Of a DNA stretch of 64,000 bases, positions 53,601-64,000 are shown piece by piece. Under the pieces are notes generated by a model, which saw nothing but the letters and a program-made list of their open reading frames with translations, searched no databases and had not been told where the DNA came from. The position numbers and the translations under genes were made by a program. Source of the DNA: Eledone cirrhosa (Eukaryota); contig OZ024742.1 of assembly GCA_964016885.1 (NCBI GenBank), positions 168,144,001 through 168,208,000 on the forward strand. Reading direction: 5' to 3'. Each line of letters begins with the position of its first letter. The stretch's first letter is position 1.

Positions 53601-56200
53601 AAATCCATTAAAAAACCCATTAAAAATCCATTAAAAATCCATTAAAAATCCATTAAAAATCCATTTAAAAAACCCATTAAAAAAATCCTTTTAAAAAATC
53701 CATTAAAAAAATCCATTAAAAAAAACCCATTAAAAAAAATCCATAAAAAAAATCCATTAAAAAAAATCCATTAAAAAAAAATCCGTTAAAAAAATCCATT
53801 AAAAATCCATTAAAAATCCATTAAAAAATCCATTTAAAAAACCCATTAAAAAAATCCATTAAAAAAATCCATTTATAAAATCCATTAAAAAATCCATTAA
53901 AAAAAAACCCATTAAAAAAAAATCCATTAAAAAAATCCATTTAAAAAATCCATTAAAAAAAATCCATTAAAAAAAATCCATAAAAAAATCCATTAAAAAA
54001 GTCCATAAAAATCCATTAAAAAAATCCATTTAAAAAAATCCATTTAAAAATCCATTAAAAACCCATTAAAAATCCATTAAAAATCCATTAAAAATCCATT
54101 AAAAAATCCATTAAAAAAATCCATTTAAAAAACCCATAAAAGAAACATTAAAACAGCATTTAAAAAACCCATTAAAAATTCATTAAAAAAATCCATTTGA
54201 AAAATCCATTAAAAATCCATTAAAAATCCATTAAAAATCCATTAAAAATCCATTTGAAAAAATCCATTAAAAAAATCCATTAAAAAATCCATTTAAAAAA
54301 TCCATTAAAAAAAATCCATTAATAAAAACTCAATCAAAAACCCATAAAAGAAACATTAAAACAACATTTAAAAAATCCATTAAAAAAATCCATTTAAAAA
54401 AATCCATTAAAAAATATATTAAAAATCCATTAAAAATCCATTAAAAATCCATTAAAAATCATTAAAAATCCATTAAAAATACATTAAAAATCCATTAAAA
54501 AATCCATTTAAAAAAATCCATTAAAAAAATCCATTAAAAAAAATCCATTAAAAAAAAATCCATTAAAAAAAAATCCATTAAAAAAAATCAATTAAAAAAA
54601 ATCCATTAAAAATCCATTAAAAAATCCATTTAAAAAATCCATTAAAAACCCATTAAAAATCCATTAAAAATCCATTAAAAATCCATTTAAAAAACCCATT
54701 AAAAAAAATCCATTAAAATAATCCATTTAAAAAATCTATTTAAAAAAATCCATTAAAAAAAACCCATTAAAAAAAAATCCATTAAAAAAATCCATTTAAA
54801 AATCCATTAAAAAAAATCCATTAAAAAAAATCCATAAAAAAATCCATTAAAAAAAATCCATTAAAAAAAATCCATTAAAAATCCATTCAAAAAATCCATT
54901 TAAAAAAATCCATTAAAAAATCCATTAAAAATTCATTAAAAATCCATTAAAAAATCCATTTAAAAAACCCATTAAAAAAATCCATTTAAAAAATCCATTT
55001 AAAAAATCCATTAAAAAAAATCCATTTAAGAAAACCCATTAAAAAAAATCCATTAAGAAAATCCATTTAAAAAATCCATTAAAAAAAATCCATTAAAAAA
55101 AATCCATAAAAAAAATCCATTAAAAAAAATCCATTAAAAAAAAATCCGTTAAAAAAAATCCATTAAAAAAAAATCCGTTAAAAAAAATCCATTAAAAAAA
55201 TCCATTAAAAAAAACTCAATCAAAAACCCATAAAAGAAACATTAAAACAGCATTTAAAAAATCCATTAAAAATCCATTAAAAAAATCCATTTAAAAAAAT
55301 CCATTAAAAAATCCATTAAAAATCCATTAAAAATCCATTAAAAAACCCATTTTAAAAAATCCATTAAAAAAATCCATTAAAAAAATCCATTTAAAAAATC
55401 CATTAAAAAAGACATTAAAAAAATCCATTAAAAAAAAGCCATTAAAAAAATCCATTAAAAAAAAATCCATTAAAAATCCATTAAAAAAATCCATTTAAAA
55501 AAATCCATTAAAAACCCATTAAAAATCCATTAAAAAATCCATTAAAAAACCCATTAAAAAAAATCCATTAAAAAAATCCATTTAAAAAATCCATTAAAAA
55601 AAAATCCATTTAAAAAACCCATTAAAAAAAATCCATTAAAAAAATCCATTAAAAAAAATCCATTAAAAAAAATCCATTAAAAGCTCAATCAAAAACCCAT
55701 TAAAAACGCCATAAAAAATCATTAAAATCCCATTAAAAATACATTAAAGGTCCATTAAAAACGCCATAAAAAATCCATTAAAAAAATCCATTAAAAAAAT
55801 CCATTTAAAAAATCCATTAAAAAAAATCCATTAAAAAAAATCCATAAAAAAATCCATTAAAAAAAGTCCATTAAAAATCCATTAAAAAAATCCATTTAAA
55901 AAAATCCATTTAAAAATCCATTAAAAACCCATTAAAAATCCATTAAAAATCCATTAAAAATCCATTAAAAAATCCATTTAAAAAAAATTCAATCAAAAAC
56001 CCATAAAAGAAACATTAAAACAGCATTTAAAAAACCCATTAAAAATTCATTAAAAAAATCCATTTGAAAAATCCATTAAAAATCCATTAAAAATCCATTA
56101 AAAATCCATTAAAAATCCATTAAAAATCCATTAAAAATCCATTTAAAAAAATCCATTAAAGAAATCCATTAAAAAATCCATTTAAAAAATCCATTAAAAA
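47700..56200 (+). repeat. Tandem duplication of an island-free unit of about 4.24 kb
   Basis: Ordered markers: GCTCAATCCC 47885/52128, TCCATGAAAAA 48667/52910, TCCTTTT 49443/53686, ATATATT 50171/54414, GACATT 51168/55411, GTCCATT 51623/55866. A partial further copy lies at about 41390-44150 and a more diverged relative at about 56900-59650. Confidence 0.92.
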
Positions 56201-59200
56201 AAATCCATTAAAAAAAACTCAATCAAAAAACCATAAAAGAAACATTAAAACAGCATTTAAAAAATCCATTAAAAAAATCCATTTAAAAAAATCCATTAAA
56301 AAATATATTAAAAATCCATTAAAAATCCATTAAAAATCCATTAAAAATCCATTAAAAATCCATTAAAAATACATTAAAAATCCATTAAAAAATCCATTTA
56401 AAAAAATCCATTAAAAAAATCCATTAAAAAAAACCATTTAAAAAATCCATTAAAAAAATCCATTAAAAAAAAATCCATTAAAAAAAAATCCATTAAAAAA
56501 AATCAATTTAAAAAAATCCATTAAAAATCCATTAAAAAATCCATTTAAAAAATCCATTAAAAACCCATTAAAAATCCATTAAAAATCCATTAAAAATCCA
56601 TTTAAAAAACCCATTAAAAAAATCCATTTAAAAAATCCATTAAAAAAAATCCAATAAAAAAAACCCATTAAAAAAAAATCCATTAAAAAAATCCATTTAA
56701 AAAATCCATTAAAAAAAATCCATTAAAAAAAATCCATAAAAAAATCCATTAAAAAAAATCCATTAAAAAAAATCCATTAAAAATCCATTAAAAAAATCCA
56801 TTTAAAAAAATCCATTAAAAATCCATTAAAAATCCATTAAAAAATCCATTTAAAAAACCCATTAAAAAAATCCATTTAAAAAATCCATTTAAAAAATCCA
56901 TTAAAAAAAATCCATTTAAAAAAACCCATTAAAAAAAATCCATTGAGAAAATCCATTTAAAAAATCCATTAAAAAAAATCCATTAAAAAAAATCCATAAA
57001 AAAAATCCATTAAAAAAAATCCATTAAAAAAAAATCCGTTAAAAAAAATCCATTAAAAAAAAATCCGTTAAAAAAAATCCATTAAAAGCTCAATCCCATT
57101 AAAAACGCCATAAAAATCATTAAAATCCAATTAAAGATACATTAAAGGCCCATTAAAAACGCCATAAAAAATCCATTAAAAAAATCCATTAAAAAAAACT
57201 CAATCAAAAACCCATAAAAGAAACATTAAAACAGCATTTAAAAAATCCATTAAAAATCCATTAAAAAAATCCATTTAAAAAAATCCATTAAAAAATCCAT
57301 TAAAAATCCATTAAAAATCCATTAAAAATCCATTAAAAATCCATTAAAAAACCCATTTAAAAAAATCCATTAAAAAAAATCCATTAAAAAAATCCATTTA
57401 AAAAATCCATTAAAAAAAGCCATTAAAAAAATCCATTAAAAAAAAGCCATTAAAAAAATCCATTAAAAAAAAATCCATTAAAAAAATCCATTTAAAAAAA
57501 TCCATTAAAAACCCATTAAAAATCCATTAAAAAATCCATTAAAAAACCCATTAAAAAAATCCATTAAAAAAATCCATTTAAAAAATCCATTAAAAAAAAA
57601 TCCATTTAAAAAACCCATTAAAAAAAATCCATTAAAAAAATCCATTTAAAAAATCCATTAAAAAAAATCCATTAAAAGCTCAATCAAAAACCCATTAAAA
57701 ACGCCATAAAAAATCATTAAAATCCCATTAAAAATACATTAAAGGTCCATTAAAAACGCCATAAAAAATCCATTTAAAAAATCCATTAAAAAAATCCATT
57801 TAACAAAATCCATTAAAAATCCATTAAAAATCCATTAAAAATTCATTAAAAAATCCATTTAAAAAAATCCATTAAAAAAATCCATTAAAAAAATCCATTT
57901 AAAAAATCCATAAAAAAAACCCATTAAAAAAAATCCATTAAAAAAAAATCCATTAAAAAAAATCCATTAAAAAAAAATCCATTAAAAATCCATTAAAAAA
58001 ATCCATTTAAAAAAAATTCATAAAAAAATCCATTAAAAATCCATTTAAAAAAATCCATTTAAAAAATCCATTTAAAAAACCCATTACAAAAAATCCATTA
58101 AAAAAAATCCATAAAAAAAAAGCCATTAAAAAAAATCCATTAAACAAATCCATTAAAAATCCATTAAAAATCCATTAAAAATCCATTAAAAATCCATTAA
58201 AAATCCATTAAAAATCCATTAAAATCCATTAAAAATCCATTAAAAATCCATTAAAAATCCATTAAAAATCCATTAAAAATCCATTAAAAATCCATTAAAA
58301 ATCCATTAAAAATCCATTAAAAATCCATTAAAAAATCCATTTAAAAAAATCCATTAAAAAATCCATTAAAAAATCCATTTAAAAAATCCATTAAAAAAAT
58401 CCATTAAAAAAAAATCCATTAAAAAAAAAATCCATTAAAAAAAATCAATTTAAAAAAATCCATTAAAAATCCATTAAAAAAATCCATTTAAAAAAATCCA
58501 TTAAAAACCCATTAAAAACCCATTAAAAAATCCATTAAAAATCCATTTAAAAAACCCATTAAAAAATCCATTAAAAAAATCCATTTAAAAAATCCATTAA
58601 AAAAAATTCATTAAAAAAAAATCCATAAAAAATCCATTAAAAAAATCCATTAAAAAAAATCCATTAAAAAAAATCCATTAAAAATCCATTAAAAAAATCC
58701 ATTTAAAAAAATACATTAGAAAATCCATTAAAAAACCCATTAAAAATCCATTAAAAATCCATTAAAAATCCATTAAAAATCCATTTAAAAAACCCATTAA
58801 AAAAATCCATTTAAAAAATTCATTAAAAAAATCCATTAAAAAAAACCCATTAAAAAAAATCCATTAAAAAATCCATTTAAAAAATCCATTAAAAAAAAAT
58901 CCATTAAAAAAAATCCATAAAAAAAATCCATTAAAAAAATCCATTAAAAAAAAATCCGTTAAAAAAAATCCATTAAAAATCCATTAAAAATCCATAAAAA
59001 AATCCATTTAAAAAACCCATTAAAAAAATCCATTAAAAAAATCCATTTAAAAAATCCATTAAAAAAAATCCATTAAAAAAAAACCCATTAAAAAAAAATC
59101 CATTAAAAAAATCCATTTAAAAAACCCATTAAAAAAATCCATTAAAAAAAATCCATAAAAAAATCCATTAATAAAAGTCCATTAAAAATCCATTAAAAAA

Positions 59201-62200
59201 ACCCATTAAAAAAAATCCATTAAAAAATCCATTAAAAACCCATTAAAAATCCATTAAAAATCCATTAAAAAATCCATTTAAAAAACCCATTAAAAAAATC
59301 CATTAAAAAAATCCATTTATAAAATCCATTAAAAAATCCATAAAAAAAAAACCATTAAAAAAAAATCCATTAAAAAAATCAATTTAAAAAATCCATTAAA
59401 AAAATCCATTAAAAAAAGTCCATTAAAAATCCATTAAAAAAATCCATTTAAAATAATCCATTTAAAAATCCATTAAAAACCCATTAAAAATCCATTAAAA
59501 ATCCATTAAAAATCCATTAAAAAATCCATTAAAAAAAATTCAATCAAAAACCCATAAAAGAAACATTAAAACAGCATTTAAAAAACCCATTAAAAATTCA
59601 TTAAAAAAATCCATTTGAAAAATCCATTAAAAATCCATTAAAAATCCATTAAAAATCCATTAAAAATCCATTAAAAATCCATTAAAAATCCATTAAAAAT
59701 CCATTAAAAATTCATTTAAAAAACCCATTAAAAAAATCCATTAAAAAAATCCATTTAAAAATCCATTAAAAAAAATCCATTTAAAAAAACCCATTAAAAA
59801 AAATCCATTAAAATAATCCATTTAAAAAATCCATAAAAAAAAATCCATAAAAAAAATCCATTAAAAAAAATCCATTAAAAAAAAAATCCGTTAAAAAAAA
59901 TCCATTAAAAATCCATTAAAAATCCATTAAAAATCCATTAAAAATCCATTAAAAATCCATTAAAAATCCATTTTAAAAAATCCATTAAAAAAATCCATTA
60001 AAAAAATCCATTTAAAAAATCCGTTAAAAAAAATCCATTAAAAAAAAATCCATTAAAAAAATCCATTAAAAAAAATCAATTTAAAAAAATCCATTAAAAA
60101 AATCCATTTAAAAAAATTCATTAAAAACCCATTAAAAATCCATTAAAAATCCATTAAAAAATCCATTTAAAAAACCCATTAAAAAAAATCCATTAAAAAA
60201 ATCCATAAAAAAAAAATCCATTAAAAAAAAAACCCATTAAAAAAAATCCATTAAAAAAATCCATTTAAAAAATCCATTAAAAAAATCCATTAAAAAAAAC
60301 TCAATCAAAAACCCATAAAAGAAACATTAAAACAGCATTTAAAAAATCCATTAAAAATCCATTAAAAAAATCCATTTAAAAAATCCATTAAAAAATCCAT
60401 TAAAAATCCATTAAAAATCCATTAAAAAATCCATTTAAAAAAATCCATTAAAAAAATCAATTTAAAAAATCCATTAAAAAATCCATTTAAAAAATCCATT
60501 AAAAAAAATCCATTAACAAAAACCATTAAAAAATCCATTAAAAAAAATCCCATTAAAAATACATTAAAGGCCCATTAAAAACGTCATAAAAAATCCATTA
60601 AAAAAATCCATTAAAAAAAAACTCAATCAAAAACCCATAAAAGAAACATTAAAACAGCATTTAAAAAACGCATTAAAAATTCATTAAAAAAAATCCATTT
60701 AAAAAATCCATTAAAAAATCCATTAAAAATCCATTAAAAATCCATTAAAAATCCATTAAAAATCCATTAAAAATCCATTAAAAAATCCATTTAAAAAAAT
60801 CCATTAAAAAAATTCATTAAAAATCCATTAAAAATCCATTAAAAATCCATTAAAAATCCATTAAAAAATCCAATTAAAAAAATCCATTAAAAAAATCCAT
60901 TAAAAAATCCATTTAAAAAATCCATTAAAAAAAATCCATTAAAAAAATCCATTAAAAAAAAATCCATTAAAAAAAACTCAATCAAAAACTCACAAAAGAA
61001 ACATTAAAACAGCATTTAAAAAATCCATTAAAAAAATCCATTTAAAAAAATCCATTAAAAAATCCATTAAAAATCCATTAAAAATCCATTAAAAATCCAT
61101 TAAAAATCCATTAAAAATCCATTAAAAATCCATTAAAAATCCATTAAAAATCCATTAAAAATCCATTAAAAAATCCAATTAAAAAAATCCATTAAAAAAA
61201 TCCATTAAAAAATCCTTTTAAAAAATCCATTAAAAAAAATCCATTAAAAAAAATCCATTAAAAAAAATCCATTAAAAAAAATCCATTAAAAAATAATCCG
61301 TTAAAAAAAATCCATTAAAAACTCAATCAAAAACCCAATTAAAAGGCCATAAAAGAAACATTAAAACAGCATTTAAAATACCATTAAAAACGCCATAAAA
61401 AATCATTAAAATTGTTTTTTATGAAATTTATAATATGGCTTTTAATGAACTTTTTAATGGGCTTTTAGAATCATTAAAATCCCATTAAAAATACATTAAA
61501 GGCCCATTAAAAACGCCATAAAAAATCCATTAAAAAAAATCCATTAAAAAAAAATTCAATCAAAAACCCATAAAAGAAACATTAAAACAGCATTTAAAAA
61601 AACCCATTAAAAATTCATTAAAAAAATCCATTTAAAAAATCCATTAAAAATCCATTAAAAATCCATTAAAAATACATTAAAAATCCATTAAAAAAAAATC
61701 CATTACAAAAATCCATTAAAAAAAATCCATTAAAAACCCATTAAAAATCCATTAAAAAATCCATTTAAAAACCCATTAAAAAAAATCCATTAAAAAAATA
61801 CATTTAAAAAATACATTTAAAAAAAATCCATTTAAAAAATCCATTAAAAAAAATCCATTAAAAAAAATCCATTAAAAGCTCAATCAAAAACCCATTAAAA
61901 ACGCCATAAAAAATCATTAAAATCCCATTAAAAATACATTAAAGGCCCATTAAAAACGCCATAAAAAATCCATTAAAAAAAAACTCAATCAAAAACCCAT
62001 AAAAGAAACATTAAAACAGCATTTAAAAAATCCATTGAAAAAATCCATTTAAAAAAATCCATTAAAAAATCCATTAAAAATCCATTAAAAATCCATTAAA
62101 AATCCATTAAAAATTCATTAAAAAATCCATTTAAAAAACCCATTAAAAAAACCATTTAAAAAATCCATTAAAAAAAATACATTTAAAAAAACCCATTAAA

Positions 62201-64000
62201 AAAAATCCATTAAAAATCCATTAAAAAAAATCCATTTAAAAAAAATTCATTAAAAAATCCATTAAAAATCCATTAAAAATCCATTAAAAATCCATTAAAA
62301 ATCCATTAAAAATCCATTAAAAAATCCATTTAAAAAACCCATTAAAAAAAGCATTAAAAAATCCATTTAAAAAATCCATTAAAAAAAATCCATTTAAAAC
62401 AACCCATTAAAAAAAATCCATTAAAAAAAACCCATTAAAAAAATCCATTAAAAAAATCCATTTAAAAAATCCATTAAAAAAAATCCATTAAAAAAAATCC
62501 ATAAAAAAATCCATAAAAAAAATCCATTAAAAATCCATTAAAAAAATCCATTAAAAATCCATTAAAAAAAATCCATTTAAAAAAGCCATTAAAAAATCCA
62601 TTAAAAATCCATTAAAAATCCATTAAAAAACCCATTAAAAAATCCATTTAAAAATCCATTAAAAAAATCCATTAAAAAAATCCATTTAAAAAAACCCATT
62701 AAAAAAAATCCATTAAAAAAATCCATTAGAAAATCCATTAAAAAAATCCATTAAAAAAAATCGATAAAAAAAATCCATTAAAAAAAATCCATTAAAAAAA
62801 ATCCGTTAAAAAAAATCCATTAAAAAAAAATCCGTTAAAAAAAATCCATTAAAAGCTCAATCAAAAACCCATTAAAAACGCCATAAAAAATCATTAAAAT
62901 CCCATTAAAGATACATTAAAGGCCCATTAAAAACGCCATAAAAAATCCATTAAAAAAATCCATTAAAAAAAACTCAATCAAAAACCCATAAAAGAAACAT
63001 TAAAACAGCATTTAAAAAATCCATTAAAAATCCATTAAAAAAATCCATTTAAAAAACCCATTAAAAAAAATCCATAAAAAAAAAACTCAATCAAAAACCC
63101 ATAAAAGAAACATTAAAACAGCATTTTAAAAATCCATTAAAAAAATCCATTAAAAAAAATCCATTAAAAAAATCCATTAAAAAAAACCCATTAAAAAAAA
63201 TCCATTTAAAAAATCCATTTAAAAAATCCATTAAAAAAAGTCCATTAAAAAAAATCCATAAAAAAATGCATTAAAAAAATCCATTAAAAAAATCCATTAA
63301 AAAAAATCCATTAAAAATCCATTAAAAAAATCCATTTAAAAAAATCCATTAAAAAAAAATCCGTTAAAAAAAATCCATTAAAAACTCAATCAAAAACCCA
63401 ATTAAAAGGCCATAAAAGAAACATTAAAACAGCATTTAAAATACCATTAAAAACGCCATAAAAAATCATTAAAATCCCATTAAAAATACATTAAAGGCCC
63501 ATTAAAAACGCCATAAAAAATCCATTAAAAAAAACTCAATCAAAAACCCATAAAAGAAACATTAAAACAGCATTTAAAAAACCCATTAAAAATTCATTAA
63601 AAAAATCCATTTAAAAAATCCATTAAAAATCCATTAAAAATCCATTAAAAATCCATTAAAAATCCAATAAAAATTCATTAAAAAATCCATTTAAAAAAAT
63701 CCATTAAAAAAATCCATTAAAAAATCCATTTAAAAAATCCATTTAAAAAATCCATAAAAAAATCCATTAAAAAAATCCATTAAAAATCCATTAAAAATCC
63801 ATTAAAAAATCCATTAAAAAAACCCATTTAAAAAATCCAAAAAAATCCATTTAAAAAATCCATTAAAAAAAATCCATTTAAAAAAACCCATTAAAAAAAA
63901 TCCATTAAAAAAATCCATTTAAAAAATCCATTTAAAAAAATCCATTAAAAAAATCCATAAAAAAAATCCATTAAAAAAAATCCATTAAAAAAAAATCCGT

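Larger units (their letters stand above)
1..64000 (+). repeat. AT-rich tandem satellite array, monomer TCCATT(T)A5-10 (11-16 bp), with interspersed conserved cassettes and higher-order structure
   Basis: TCCATT followed by an A-run recurs head-to-tail from the first to the last line. Recurrent variant monomers include CCCATT, TTCATT, TACATT, GCCATT, TCCGTT, TCCATA, TCAATTT and TCCAATT. There is no unique-sequence interruption. Confidence 0.99.

Noticed and set aside
503-63577. CRISPR-like pattern of a conserved 41-bp cassette separated by variable sequence
   Set aside because: The intervening sequences are satellite monomers of highly variable length (about 100 bp to over 1 kb), not unique spacers of constant size. 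No cas genes or leader are present.
1-64000. Telomerase-synthesised telomeric tract (C-rich/G-rich strand asymmetry, variable unit length)
   Set aside because: The unit matches no telomere repeat I recognise. Complex cassettes, inverted islands and multi-kb duplications with shared variants indicate recombinational amplification. A subtelomeric location is not excluded.
1-64000. Relationship to human satellite II/III (CCATT)n
   Set aside because: Only the 5-6 bp core TCCATT is shared. There are no tandem pentamers and every core is separated by an A-tract, so there is no evidence of homology.
1-64000. Whole window as a sequencing or low-complexity artefact
   Set aside because: Ordered rare variants, conserved cassettes and A-run patterns reproduced between distant blocks are not expected from random error. 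Individual A-run lengths and exact duplication copy numbers may still contain errors.

Overview
The whole 64-kb window is one uninterrupted, extremely A-rich tandem satellite array that runs off both ends. I see no credible genes, RNA genes, transposon ORFs or CRISPR. The basic monomer is TCCATT(T)-A(5-10), minimal form TCCATTAAAAA (11 bp), almost always in one orientation, so the + strand is nearly G-free. Interspersed are a few conserved 40-200 bp cassettes built from degenerate monomers: A = CTCAATCAAAAACCCATAAAAGAAACATTAAAACAGCATTT; B = TCCCATTAAAAATACATTAAAGGCCCATTAAAAACGCCAT; C = a longer composite ending in B. The most distinctive element is a 56-bp opposite-polarity island inside cassette C. 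I counted 25 copies. It sits between two copies of a 12-bp direct repeat (AATCATTAAAAT), has matching 'empty' alleles, and can fold back on both flanks to give two hairpins. Rare variant monomers reveal nested higher-order duplications (about 0.2, 1.5, 3.6, 4.2, 5.3-5.5 and 18.5 kb offsets) and sub-domains with private variants. The organisation resembles eukaryotic centromeric, pericentromeric or subtelomeric satellite, but organism and function cannot be determined from the sequence. All counts and offsets were read by eye and should be confirmed computationally.
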